The translations under genes and the position numbers were made by a program. A stretch of 64,000 nt of DNA, taken from Balanoglossus misakiensis (taxonomy: Eukaryota; Animalia; Hemichordata). Position 1 is the first letter of the stretch. The number at the start of each line of letters is the position of its first letter. Positions 33,801 through 48,800 of the stretch are shown here, piece by piece. The notes beneath the pieces were generated by a model, which saw nothing but the letters and a program-made list of their open reading frames with translations, was not told the DNA's origin and did no database searches. Where the stretch lies: positions 548,783 to 612,782 of the forward strand of contig CM082580.2 of the NCBI GenBank assembly GCA_040954595.2, given 5' to 3'.

Positions 33801-36800
33801 CAATGGTTTTTTTCAAAATCGACGAAATTTTGAGATTTTGCAAAGTCGAAAATTTGTCATTTTTTGATGATTTTCCCCCATGTTTTTTTTTTAAAATGGA
33901 CGAAATTTTGAGATTTTGCAAAGTCGAAAATTTGTCATTTTTTGATGATTTTCACCCATGATTTTTTTCAAAAATCGACGAAATTGTGAGATTTTGCAAA
34001 GTCAAAAATTTGTCATTTTTTGATGATTTTCACCCATGTTTTTTTTTTAAAAAAACGACGAACCTATGATTTTTTTCAAAATCGACGAAATTTTGAGATT
34101 TTGCAAAGTCGAAAATTTGTCATTTTTTGATGATTTTCACCCATGATTTTTTTCAAAAATCGACGAAATGTTGAGATTTTGCAAAGTCGAAAATTTGTCA
34201 TTTTTTGATGATTTTCACCCATGATTTTTTTCAAAAATCGACGAAATGTTGAGATTTTGCAAAGTCGAAAATTTGTCATTTTTTGATGATTTTCTCCCAT
34301 GATTTTTTTCAAAAATCGACGAAATTGTGAGATTTTGCAAAGTCGAAAATTTGTCATTTTTTGATGATTTTCACCCATGTTTTTTTTTTTTAAATCGACG
34401 AACCTATGATTTTTTTCAAAATCGACGAAATTTTGAGATTTTGCAAAGTCGAAAATTTGTCATTTTTTGATGATTTTCACCCATGATTTTTTTCAAAAAT
34501 CGACGAAATGTTGAGATTTTGCAAAGTCGATAATTTTGTCATTTTTTGATAATTTTCAACCATATTATTTTTCAAAAACCGACGAAATTTTGAGATTTTG
34601 CATAGACGAAAATTTGTCATTTTTTGATGATTTTCACCCATGATTTTTTCAAAAATTGACGAAATTTTGAGATTTGCAAAGTCGAAAATTTGTCATTTTT
34701 TGATGATTTTCCCCCAATGGTTTTTTTCAAAATCGACGAAATTTTGAGATTTTGCAAAGTCGAAAATTTGTCATTTTTTGATGATTTTCCCCCATGTTTT
34801 TTTTTTAAAATGGACGAAATTTTGAGATTTTGCAAAGTCGAAAATTTGTCATTTTTTGATGATTTTCACCCATGATTTTTTTCAAAAATCGACGAAATTG
34901 TGAGATTTTGCAAAGTCAAAAATTTGTCATTTTTTGATGATTTTCACCCATGTTTTTTTTTTAAAAAAACGACGAACCTATGATTTTTTTCAAAATCGAC
35001 GAAATTTTGAGATTTTGCAAAGTCGAAAATTTGTCATTTTTTGATGATTTTCACCCATGATTTTTTTCAAAAATCGACGAAATGTTGAGATTTTGCAAAG
35101 TCGAAAATTTGTCATTTTTTGATGATTTTCACCCATGATTTTTTTCAAAAATCGACGAAATGTTGAGATTTTGCAAAGTCGAAAATTTGTCATTTTTTGA
35201 TGATTTTCTCCCATGATTTTTTTCAAAAATCGACGAAATTGTGAGATTTTGCAAAGTCGAAAATTTGTCATTTTTTGATGATTTTCACCCATGTTTTTTT
35301 TTTTTAAATCGACGAACCTATGATTTTTTTCAAAATCGACGAAATTTTGAGATTTTGCAAAGTCGAAAATTTGTCATTTTTTGATGATTTTCACCCATGA
35401 TTTTTTTCAAAAATCGACGAAATGTTGAGATTTTGCAAAGTCGATAATTTTGTCATTTTTTGATGATTTTCAACCATATTATTTTTCAAAAACCGACGAA
35501 ATTTTGAGATTTTGCATAGACGAAAATTTGTCATTTTTTGATGATTTTCACCCATGATTTTTTCAAAAATTGACGAAATTTTGAGATTTTGCAAAGTCGA
35601 AAATTTGTCATTTTTTGATGATTTTCACCCATGATTTTTTTCAAAAATCGACGAAATGTTGAGATTTTGCAAAGTCGAAAATTTGTAATTTTTTGATGAT
35701 TTTCACCCATGATTTTTTTCAAAAATCGACGAAATGTTGAGATTTTGCAAAGTCGAAAATTTGTAATTTTTTGATGATTTTCACCCATGATTTTTTTCAA
35801 AAATCGACGAAATTGTGAGATTTTGCAAAGTCGATAATTTGTCATTTTTTGATGATTTTCCCCCAATGTTTTTTTTCAAAATCGACGAAATTTTGAGATT
35901 TTGCAAAGTCGAAAATTTTCTCATTTTTTGATGATTTTCCCCCATGTTTTTTTTTTAAAATGGACGAAATTTTGAGATTTTGCAAAGTCGAAAATTTGTC
36001 ATTTTTTGATGATTTTCACCCATGATTTTTTTCAAAAATCGACGAAATGTTGAGATTTTGCAAAGTCGAAAATTTGTAATTTTTTGATGATTTTCACCCA
36101 TGATTTTTTTTCAAAAATCGACGAAATTGTGAGATTTTGCAAAGTCGATAATTTTGTCATTTTTTGATGATTTTCAACCATATTATTTTTCAAAAACCGA
36201 CGAAATTTTGAGATTTTGCATAGACGAAAATTTGTCATTTTTTGATGATTTTCACCCATGATTTTTTTCAAAAATCGATGAAATGTTGAGATTTTGCAAA
36301 GTCGAAAATTTGTCATTTTTTGATGATTTTCCCCCATGTTTTTTTTTTAAAATGGACGAAATTTTGAGATTTTGCAAAGTCGATAATTTGTCATTTTTTG
36401 ATGATTTTCCCCCAATGGTTTTTTTCAAAATCGACGAAATTTTGAGATTTTGCAAAGTCGATAATTTGTCATTTTTTGATGATTATCACCCATGATTTTT
36501 TTCAAAAATCGACGAAATTTTTAGATTTTGCAAAGTCGAAAATGTGTCATTTTTTGATGATTTTCACCCATGATTTTTATTCAAAAATGGACGAAATTTT
36601 GAGATTTTGCAAAGACGAAAATTTGTCATTTTTTGATGATTTTCAACCATGATTTTTTTTCAAAAATCGATGAAATGTTGAGATTTTGCAAAGTCGAAAA
36701 TTTGTCATTTTTTGATGATTTTCACCCATGATTTTTTTCAAAAATTGACGAAATTTTGAGATTTTGCAAAGTCGAAAATTTGTCATTTTTTGATGATTTT

Positions 36801-39800
36801 CACCCATGATTTTTTTCAAAAATTGACGAAATTTTGAGATTTTGCAAAGTCGAAAATTTGTCATTTTTTGATGATTTTCACCCATGATTTTTTTAAAAAA
36901 TCGACGAAATGTTGAGATTTTGCAAAGTCGAAAATTTGTAATTTTTTGATGATTTTCACCCATGATTTTTTTCAAAAATCGACGAAATTGTGAGATTTTG
37001 CAAAGTCGATAATTTGTCATTTTTTGATGATTTTCACCCATGATTTTTTTCAAAAATCGACGAAATGTTGAGATTTTGCAAAGTCGAAAATTTGTCATTT
37101 TTTGATGATTTTCACCCATGTTTTTTTTTTTAATTCGACGAACCTATGATTTTTTTCAAAATCGACGAAATTTTGAGATTTTGCAAAGTCGAAAATTTTC
37201 TCATTTTTTGATGATTTTCCCCAATGTTTTTTTTTTAAAATGGACGAAATTTTGAGATTTTGCAAAGTCAAAAATTTGTCATTTTTTGATGATTTTCACC
37301 CATGATTTTTTTCAAAAATCGACGAAATGTTGAGATTTTGCAAAGTCGAAAATTTGTCATTTTTTGATGATTTTCACCCATATTATTTTTCAAAAACCGA
37401 CGAAATTTTGAGATTTAGCAAAGACGAAAATTTGTCATTTTTTGATGATTTTCACCCATGTTTTTTTTTAGAAATCGACGAACCTATGATTTTTTCAAAA
37501 ATTGACGAAATTTTGAGATTTTGCGAAGTCGAAAATTTGTCATTTTTTGATGATTTTCACCCATGATTTTTTTCAAAAATCGACGAAATTTTGAGATTTT
37601 GCAAAGTCGAAAATTTGTCATTTTTTGATGATTTTCACCCATGTTTTTTTTTAGAAATCGACGAACCTATGATTTTTTTCAAAATCGACGAAATTTTGTG
37701 ATTTTACAAAGTCGAAAATTTTGTCATTTTTTGATGATTTTCAACCATGATTTTTTTCAAAAATCGACGAAATTTTTAGATTTTGCAAAGTCGAAAATGT
37801 GTCATTTTTTGATGATTTTCACCCATGATTTTTATTCAAAAATGGACGAAATTTTGAGATTTGCAAAGTCGAAAATTTGTCATTTTTTGATGATTTTCCC
37901 CCAATGGTTTTTTTCAAAATCGACGAAATTTTGAGATTTTGCAAAGTCGAAAATTTGTCATTTTTTGATGATTTTCCCCCATGTTTTTTTTTTAAAATGG
38001 ACGAAATTTTGAGATTTTGCAAAGTCGAAAATTTGTCATTTTTTGATGATTTTCACCCATGATTTTTTTCAAAAATCGACGAAATTGTGAGATTTTGCAA
38101 AGTCAAAAATTTGTCATTTTTTGATGATTTTCACCCATGTTTTTTTTTAAAAATCGACGAAATGTTGAGATTTTGCAAAGTCGAAAATTTGTAATTTTTT
38201 GATGATTTTCACCCATGATTTTTTTCAAAAATCGACGAAATGTTGAGATTTTGCAAAGTCGAAAATTTGTAATTTTTTGATGATTTTCACCCATGATTTT
38301 TTTCAAAAATCGACGAAATTGTGAGATTTTGCAAAGTCGATAATTTGTCATTTTTTGATGATTTTCCCCCAATGTTTTTTTTCAAAATCGACGAAATTTT
38401 GAGATTTTGCAAAGTCGAAAATTTTCTCATTTTTTGATGATTTTCCCCCATGTTTTTTTTTTAAAATGGACGAAATTTTGAGATTTTGCAAAGTCGAAAA
38501 TTTGTCATTTTTTGATGATTTTCACCCATGAATTTTTTCAAAAATCGACGAAATGTTGAGATTTTGCAAAGTCGAAAATTTGTAATTTTTTGATGATTTT
38601 CACCCATAATTTTTTTTCAAAAATCGACGAAATTGTGAGATTTTGCAAAGTCGATAATTTTGTCATTTTTTGATGATTTTCAACCATATTATTTTTCAAA
38701 AACCGACGAAATTTTGAGATTTTGCATAGACGAAAATTTGTCATTTTTTGATGATTTTTACCCCTGATTTTTTCAAAAATTGACGAAATTTTGAGATTTT
38801 GCGAAGTCGAAAATTTGTCATTTTTTGATGATTTTCACCCATGATTTTTTTCAAAAATCGACGAAATTTTGAGATTTTGCAAAGTCGAAAATTTGTCATT
38901 TTTTGATGATTTTCACCCATGTTTTTTTTAGAAATCGACGAACCTATGATTTTTTTCAAAATCGACGAAATTTTGTGATTTTACAAAGTCGAAAATTTTG
39001 TCATTTTTTGATGATTTTCAACCATGATTTTTTTCAAAAATCGACGAAATTTTTAGATTTTGCAAAGTCGAAAATGTGTCATTTTTTGATGATTTTCACC
39101 CATGATTTTTATTCAAAAATGGACGAAATTTTGAGATTTGCAAAGTCGAAAATTTGTCATTTTTTGATGATTTTCCCCCAATGGTTTTTTTCAAAATCGA
39201 CGAAATTTTGAGATTTTGCAAAGTCGAAAATTTGTCATTTTTTGATGATTTTCCCCCATGTTTTTTTTTTAAAATGGACGAAATTTTGAGATTTTGCAAA
39301 GTCGAAAATTTGTCATTTTTTGATGATTTTCACCCATGATTTTTTTCAAAAATCGACGAAATTGTGAGATTTTGCAAAGTCGAAAATTTGTCATTTTTTG
39401 ATGATTTTCACCCATGTTTTTTTTTTAAATCGACGAACCTATGATTTTTTTCAAAATCGACGAACTTTTGAGATTTTGCAAAGTCGAAAATTTTCTCATT
39501 TTTTGATGATTTTCCCCCATGTTTTTTTTTTAAAATGGACGAAATTTTGAGATTTTGCAAAGTCGAAAATTTGTCATTTTTTGATGATTTTCACCCATGA
39601 TTTTTTTTCAAAAATCGACGAAATTGTGAGATTTTGCAAAGTCGATAATTTTGTCATTTTTTGATGATTTTCAACCATATTATTTTTCAAAAACCGACGA
39701 AATTTTGAGATTTTGCAAAGACGAAAATTTGTCATTTTTTGATGATTTTCACCCATGATTTTTTCAAAAATTGACGAAATGTTGAGATTTTGCAAAGTCG

Positions 39801-42800
39801 AAAATTTGTAATTTTTTGATGATTTTCACCCATGATTTTTTTCAAAAATCGACGAAATTGTGAGATTTTGCAAAGTCGAAAATTTGTCATTTTTTGATGA
39901 TTTTCACCCATGATTTTTTTCAAAAATCGACGAAATGTTGAGATTTTGCAAAGTCGAAAATTTGTCATTTTTTGATGATTTTCTCCCATGATTTTTTTCA
40001 AAAATCGACGAAATTGTGAGATTTTGCAAAGTCGAAAATTTGTCATTTTTTGATGATTTTCACCCATGTTTTTTTTTTTAAATCGACGAACCTATGATTT
40101 TTTTCAAAATCGACGAAATTTTGAGATTTTGCAAAGTCGAAAATTTTCTCATTTTTTGATGATTTTCCCCCATGTTTTTTTTTTAAAATGGACGAAATTT
40201 TGAGATTTTGCAAAGTCGAAAATTTGTCATTTTTTGATGATTTTCACCCATGATTTTTTTCAAAAATCGACGAAATGTTGAGATTTTGCAAAGTCGAAAA
40301 TTTGTCATTTTTTGATGATTTTCACCCATATTATTTTTCAAAAACCGACGAAATTTTGAGATTTAGCAAAGACGAAAATTTGTCATTTTTTGATGATTTT
40401 TACCCCTGATTTTTTCAAAAATTGACGAAATTTTGAGATTTTGCGAAGTCGAAAATTTGTCATTTTTTGATGATTTTCACCCATGATTTTTTTCAAAAAT
40501 CGACGAAATTTTGAGATTTTGCAAAGTCGAAAATTTGTCATTTTTTGATGATTTTCACCAATGTTTTTTTTTAGAAATCGACGAACCTATGATTTTTTTC
40601 AAAATCGACGAAATTTTGTGATTTTACAAAGTCGAAAATTTTGTCATTTTTTGATGATTTTCAACCATGATTTTTTTCAAAAATCGACGAAATTTTTAGA
40701 TTTTGCAAAGTCGAAAATTTGTCATTTTTTGATGATTTACACCCATGATTTTTATTCAAAAATGGACGAAATTTTGAGATTTTGCAAAGACGAAAATTTG
40801 TCATTTTTTGATGATTTACACCCATGATTTTTTTTCAAAAATCGACGAAATTTTGAGATTTTGCAAAGACGAAAATTTGTCATTTTTTGATGATTTTCAC
40901 CCATGATTTTTATTCAAAAATGGACGAAATTTTGAGATTTTGCAAAGACGAAAATTTGTCATTTTTTGATGATTTACACCCATGATTTTTTTCAAAATCG
41001 ACGAAATTTTGTGATTTTACAAAGTCGAAAATTTTGTCATTTTTTGATGATTTTCAACCATGATTTTTTTCAAAAATTCGACGAAATTTTTAGATATTGC
41101 AAAGTCGAAAATTTGTCATTTTTTGATGATTTACACCCATGATTTTTATTCAAAAATGGACGAAATTTTGAGATTTTGCAAAGACGAAAATTTGTCATTT
41201 TTTGATGATTTACACCCATGATTTTTTTCAAAAATCGACGAAATTTTTAGATTTTGCAAAGTCGAAAATTTGTCATTTTTTGATGATTTTCACCCATGAT
41301 TTTTATTCAAAAATGGACGAAATTTTGAGATTTTGCAAAGACGAAAATTTGTCATTTTTTGATGATTTACACCCATGATTTTTTTTCAAAAATCGACGAA
41401 ATTTTGAGATTTTGCAAAGTCGAAAATTTGTCATTTTTTGATGATTTTCACCCATGATTTTTTTCAAAAATCGACGAAATGTTGAGATTTTGCAAAGTCG
41501 AAAATTTGTCATTTTTTGATGATTTTCTCCCATGATTTTTTTCAAAAATCGACGAAATTGTGAGATTTTGCAAAGTCGAAAATTTGTCATTTTTTGATGA
41601 TTTTCACCCATGTTTTTTTTTTAAATCGACGAACCTATGATTTTTTTCAAAATCGACGAAATTTTGAGATTTTGCAAAGTCGAAAATATTCTCATTTTTT
41701 GATGATTTTCCCCCATGTTTTTTTTTTAAAATGGACGAAATTTTGAGATTTTGCAAAGTCGAAAATTTGTCATTTTTGATGATTTTCACCCATGATTTTT
41801 TTCAAAAATCGACGAAATGTTGAGATTTTGCAAAGTCGAAATTTTGTAATTTTTTGATGATTTTCACCCATGATTTTTTTTCAAAAATCGACGAAATTGT
41901 GAGATTTTGCAAAGTCGATAATTTTGTCATTTTTTGATGATTTTCAACCATATTATTTTTCAAAAACCGACGAAATTTTGAGATTTTGCAAAGACGAAAA
42001 TTTGTCATTTTTTGATGATTTTCACCCATGATTTTTTCAAAAATTGACGAAATTTTGAGATTTTGCAAAGTCGAAAATTTGTCATTTTTTGATGATTTTC
42101 ACCCATGATTTTTTTCAAAAATCGACGAAATGTTGAGATTTTGCAAAGTCGAAAATTTGTAATTTTTTGATGATTTTCACCCATGATTTTTTTCAAAAAT
42201 CGACGAAATTGTGAGATTTTGCAAAGTCGAAAATTTGTCATTTTTTGATGATTTTCACCCATGATTTTTTTCAAAAATCGACGAAATGTTGAGATTTTGC
42301 AAAGTCGAAAATTTGTAATTTTTTGATGATTTTCACCCATGATTTTTTTCAAAAATCGACGAAATTGTGAGATTGTGCAAAGTCGATAATTTGTCATTTT
42401 TTGATGATTTTCCCCCAATGTTTTTTTTCAAAATCGACGAAATTTTGAGATTTTGCAAAGTCGAAAATTTGTCATTTTTTGATGATTTTCCCCCATGTTT
42501 TTTTTTTAAAATGGACGAAATTTTGAGATTTTGCAAAGTCGATAATTTGTCATTTTTTGATGATTTTCCCCCAATGGTTTTTTTCAAAATCGACGAAATT
42601 TTGAGATTTTGCAAAGTCGAAAATTTGTCATTTTTGATGATTTTCACCCATGATTTTTTTCAAAAATCGACGAAATGTTGAGATTTTGCAAAGTCGAAAT
42701 TTTGTAATTTTTTGATGATTTTCACCCATGATTTTTTTTCAAAAATCGACGAAATTGTGAGATTTTGCAAAGTCGATAATTTTGTCATTTTTTGATGATT

Positions 42801-45800
42801 TTCAACCATATTATTTTTCAAAAACCGACGAAATTTTGAGATTTTGCAAAGACGAAAATTTGTCATTTTTTGATGATTTTCACCCATGATTTTTTCAAAA
42901 ATTGACGAAATTTTGAGATTTTGCAAAGTCGAAAATTTGTCATTTTTTGATGATTTTCACCCATGATTTTTTTCAAAAATCGACGAAATGTTGAGATTTT
43001 GCAAAGTCGAAAATTTGTAATTTTTTGATGATTTTCACCCATGATTTTTTTCAAAAATCGACGAAATTGTGAGATTTTGCAAAGTCGAAAATTTGTCATT
43101 TTTTGATGATTTTCACCCATGATTTTTTTCAAAAATCGACGAAATGTTGAGATTTTGCAAAGTCGAAAATTTGTAATTTTTTGATGATTTTCACCCATGA
43201 TTTTTTTCAAAAATCGACGAAATTGTGAGATTGTGCAAAGTCGATAATTTGTCATTTTTTGATGATTTTCCCCCAATGTTTTTTTTCAAAATCGACGAAA
43301 TTTTGAGATTTTGCAAAGTCGAAAATTTGTCATTTTTTGATGATTTTCCCCCATGTTTTTTTTTTAAAATGGACGAAATTTTGAGATTTTGCAAAGTCGA
43401 TAATTTGTCATTTTTTGATGATTTTCCCCCAATGGTTTTTTTCAAAATCGACGAAATTTTGAGATTTTGCAAAGTCGATAATTTGTCATTTTTTGATGAT
43501 TTTCACCCATGATTTTTTTCAAAAATCGACGAAATTGTGAGATTTTGCAAAGTCGAAAATTTGTCATTTTTTGATGATTTTCACCCATATTATTTTTCAA
43601 AAACCGACGAAATATTGAGATTTAGCAAAGTCGAAATTTTGTAATTTTTTGATGATTTTCACCCATGATTTTTTTTCAAAAATCGACGAAATTGTGAGAT
43701 TTTGCAAAGTCGATAATTTTGTCATTTTTTGATGATTTTCAACCATATTATTTTTCAAAAACCGACGAAATTTTGAGATTTTGCAAAGACGAAAATTTGT
43801 CATTTTTTGATGATTTTCACCCATAATTTTTTTGTAAATTGACGAAATTTTGAGATTTTGCAAAGTCGAAAATTTGTCATTTTTTGATGATTTTCACCCA
43901 TGATTTTTTTCAAAAATCGACGAAATGTTGAGATTTTGCAAAGTCGAAAATTTGTAATTTTTTGATGATTTTCACCCATGATTTTTTTCAAAAATCGACG
44001 AAATTGTGAGATTTTGCAAAGTCGAAAATTTGTCATTTTTTGATGATTTTCACCCATGATTTTTTTCAAAAATCGACGAAATGTTGAGATTTTGCAAAGT
44101 CGAAAATTTGTAATTTTTTGATGATTTTCACCCATGATTTTTTTCAAAATTGTGCAAAGTCGATAATTTGTCATTTTTTGATGATTTTCCCCCAATGTTT
44201 TTTTTCAAAATCGACGAAATTTTGAGATTTTGCAAAGTCGAAAATTTGTCATTTTTTGATGATTTTCCCCCATGTTTTTTTTTTAAAATGGACGAAATTT
44301 TGAGATTTTGCAAAGTCGATAATTTGTCATTTTTTGATGATTTTCCCCCAATGGTTTTTTTCAAAATCGACGAAATTTTGAGATTTTGCAAAGTCGAAAA
44401 TTTGTCATTTTTGATGATTTTCACCCATGATTTTTTTCAAAAATCGACGAAATGTTGAGATTTTGCAAAGTCGAAATTTTGTAATTTTTTGATGATTTTC
44501 ACCCATGATTTTTTTTCAAAAATCGACGAAATTGTGAGATTTTGCAAAGTCGATAATTTTGTCATTTTTTGATGATTTTCAACCATATTATTTTTCAAAA
44601 ACCGACGAAATTTTGAGATTTTGCAAAGACGAAAATTTGTCATTTTTTGATGATTTTCACCCATGATTTTTTCAAAAATTGACGAAATTTTGAGATTTTG
44701 CAAAGTCGAAAATTTGTCATTTTTTGATGATTTTCACCCATGATTTTTTTCAAAAATCGACGAAATGTTGAGATTTTGCAAAGTCGAAAATTTGTAATTT
44801 TTTGATGATTTTCACCCATGATTTTTTTCAAAAATCGACGAAATTGTGAGATTTTGCAAAGTCGAAAATTTGTCATTTTTTGATGATTTTCACCCATGAT
44901 TTTTTTCAAAAATCGACGAAATGTTGAGATTTTGCAAAGTCGAAAATTTGTAATTTTTTGATGATTTTCACCCATGATTTTTTTCAAAAATCGACGAAAT
45001 TGTGAGATTGTGCAAAGTCGATAATTTGTCATTTTTTGATGATTTTCCCCCAATGTTTTTTTTCAAAATCGACGAAATTTTGAGATTTTGCAAAGTCGAA
45101 AATTTGTCATTTTTTGATGATTTTCCCCCATGTTTTTTTTTTAAAATGGACGAAATTTTGAGATTTTGCAAAGTCGATAATTTGTCATTTTTTGATGATT
45201 TTCCCCCAATGGTTTTTTTCAAAATCGACGAAATTTTGAGATTTTGCAAAGTCGATAATTTGTCATTTTTTGATGATTTTCACCCATGATTTTTTTCAAA
45301 AATCGACGAAATTGTGAGATTTTGCAAAGTCGAAAATTTGTCATTTTTTGATGATTTTCACCCATATTATTTTTCAAAAACCGACGAAATATTGAGATTT
45401 AGCAAAGACGAAAATTTGTCATTTTTTGATGATTTTTACCCCTGATTTTTTCAAAAATTGACGAAATTTTGAGATTTTGCGAAGTCGAAAATTTGTCATT
45501 TTTTGATGATTTTCACCCATGATTTTTTTCAAAAATCGACGAAATTTTGAGATTTTGCAAAGTCGAAAATTTGTCATTTTTTGATGATTTTCACCCATGT
45601 TTTTTTTTAGAAATCGACGAACCTATGATTTTTTTCAAAATCGACGAAATTTTGTGATTTTACAAAGTCGAAAATTTTGTCATTTTTTGATGATTTTCAA
45701 CCATGATTTTTTTCAAAAATCGACGAAATTTTTAGATTTTGCAAAGTCGAAAATGTGTCATTTTTTGATGATTTTCACCCATGATTTTTATTCAAAAATG

Positions 45801-48800
45801 GACGAAATTTTGAGATTTTGCAAAGACGAAAATTTGTCATTTTTTGATGATTTTCACCCATGATTTTTTTCAAAAATCGACAAAATTTTTAGATTTTGCA
45901 AAGTCGAAAATTTGTAATTTTTTGATGATTTTTACCCATGATTTTTTTTTTCAAAAATCGACGAAATTTTGAGATTTTGCAAAGACGAAAATTTGTAATT
46001 TTTTGATGATTTTCACCCATGACTTTTTTTCAAAAATTTACGAAATTTTGAGATTTTGCAAAGTCGAAAATTTGTAATTTTTTGATGATTTTCACCCGTT
46101 TTTTTTTTCAAAAATCGACGAAATTTTGTGATTTTGCAAATTCGAAAATTTGTAATTTTTTGATGATTTTCACCCATGTTTTTTTTCAAAAATCAACGAA
46201 CCCATGATTTTTTTTCAAAAATCGACAAAATTTTGAGATTTTGCAAAGTCGAAAATTTGTAATTTTTTGATGATTTTCACCCATGATTTTTTTTCAAAAA
46301 TCGACGAAATTTTGAGATTTTGCAAAGTCGAAAATTTGTAATTTTTTGATGATTTTCACCCATGATTTTTTTCAAAAATCGACGAAATGTTGAGATTTTG
46401 CAAAGTCGAAAATTTGTCATTTTTTGATGATTTTCACCCATGATTTTTTTCAAAAATCGACGAAATTGTGAGATTTTGCAAAGTCGAAAATTTGTCATTT
46501 TTTGATGATTTTCACCCATGATTTTTTTCAAAAATCGACGAAATGTTGAGATTTTGCAAAGTCGAAAATTTGTAATTTTTTGATGATTTTCACCCATGAT
46601 TTTTTTCAAAAATCGACGAAATTGTGAGATTGTGCAAAGTCGATAATTTGTCATTTTTTGATGATTTTCCCCCAATGTTTTTTTTCAAAATCGACGAAAT
46701 TTTGAGATTTTGCAAAGTCGAAAATTTGTCATTTTTTGATGATTTTCCCCCATGTTTTTTTTTTTAAAATGGACGAAATTTTGAGATTTTGCAAAGTCGA
46801 TAATTTGTCATTTTTTGATGATTTTCCCCCAATGGTTTTTTTCAAAATCGACGAAATTTTGAGATTTTGCAAAGTCGATAATTTGTCATTTTTTGATGAT
46901 TTTCACCCATGATTTTTTTCAAAAATCGACGAAATTGTGAGATTTTGAAAAGTCAAAAATTTGTCATTTTTTGATGATTTTCACCCATGTTTTTTTTTTT
47001 AAATGGACGAAATTTTGAGATTTTGCAAAGACGAAAATTTGTCATTTTTTGATGATTTTCCCCCATGCTTTTTTTTTTAAATGGAAGAAATTTTGAGATT
47101 TTGCAAAGACGAAAATTTGTCATTTTTTGATGATTTTTACCCATGATTTTTTTTCAAAAATGGACGAAATTTTGAGATTTTGCAAAGTCGAAAATTTGTC
47201 ATTTTTTGATGATTTTCACCCATATTATTTTTCAAAAACCGACGAAATTTTGAGATTTAGCAAAGACGAAAATTTGTCATTTTTTGATGATTTTTACCCC
47301 TGATTTTTTCAAAAATTGACGAAATTTTGAGATTTTGCGAAGTCGAAAATTTGTCATTTTTTGATGATTTTCACCCATGATTTTTTTCAAAAATCGACGA
47401 AATTTTGAGATTTTGCAAAGTCGAAAATTTGTCATTTTTTGATGATTTTCACCCATGTTTTTTTTTAGAAATCGACGAACCTATGATTTTTTTCAAAATC
47501 GACGAAATTTTGTGATTTTACAAAGTCGAAAATTTTGTCATTTTTTGATGATTTTCAACCATGATTTTTTTCAAAAATCGACGAAATTTTTAGATTTTGC
47601 AAAGTCGAAAATGTGTCATTTTTTGATGATTTTCACCCATGATTTTTATTCAAAAATGGACGAAATTTTGAGATTTTGCAAAGACGAAAATTTGTCATTT
47701 TTTGATGATTTTCACCCATGATTTTTTTCAAAAATCGACAAAATTTTTAGATTTTGCAAAGTCGAAAATTTGTAATTTTTTGATGATTTTTACCCATGAT
47801 TTTTTTTTTCAAAAATCGACGAAATTTTGAGATTTTGCAAAGACGAAAATTTGTAATTTTTTGATGATTTTCACCCATGACTTTTTTTCAAAAATTTACG
47901 AAATTTTGAGATTTTGCAAAGTCGAAAATTTGTAATTTTTTGATGATTTTCACCCATGTTTTTTTTCAAAAATCGACGAAATTTTGTGATTTTGCAAATT
48001 CGAAAATTTGTAATTTTTTGATGATTTTCACCCATGTTTTTTTTCAAAAATCAACGAACCCATGATTTTTTTTCAAAAATCGACAAAATTTTGAGATTTT
48101 GCAAAGTCGAAAATTTGTAATTTTTTGATGATTTTCACCCATGATTTTTTTTCAAAAATCGACGAAATTTTGAGATTTTGCAAAGTCGAAAATTTGTAAT
48201 TTTTTGATGATTTTCACCCATGATTTTTTTTCAAAAATCGACGAAATTTTGAGATTTTGCAAAGTCGAAAATTTGTAATTTTTTGATGATTTTCACCCAT
48301 GATTTTTTTTCAAAAATCGACGAAATTTTGAGATTTTGCAAAGTCGAAAATTTGTCATTTATTAATGATTTTCACCCATGATTTTTTTTCAAAAATCGAC
48401 AAAATTTTGAGATTTTGCAAAGTCGAAAATTTGTCATTTTTTGATGATTTTCACCCATGATTGTTTTCAAAAATCGACAAAATTTTTAGATTTTGCAAAG
48501 TCGAAAATTTGTAATTTTTTGATGATTTTTACCCATGATTTTTTTTTTTCAAAAATCTACGAAATTTTGAGATTTTGCAAAGTCGAAAATTTGTCATTTT
48601 TTGATGATTTTCATCCATGATTTTTTTCAAAAATCGACAAAATTTTTAGATTTTGCAAAGTCGAAAATTTGTAATTTTTTGATGATTTTTACCCATGATT
48701 TTTTTTTTCAAAAATCGACGAAATTTTGAGATTTTGCAAAGACGAAAATTTGTAATTTTTTGATGATTTTCACCCATGACTTTTTTTCAAAAATTTAAGA

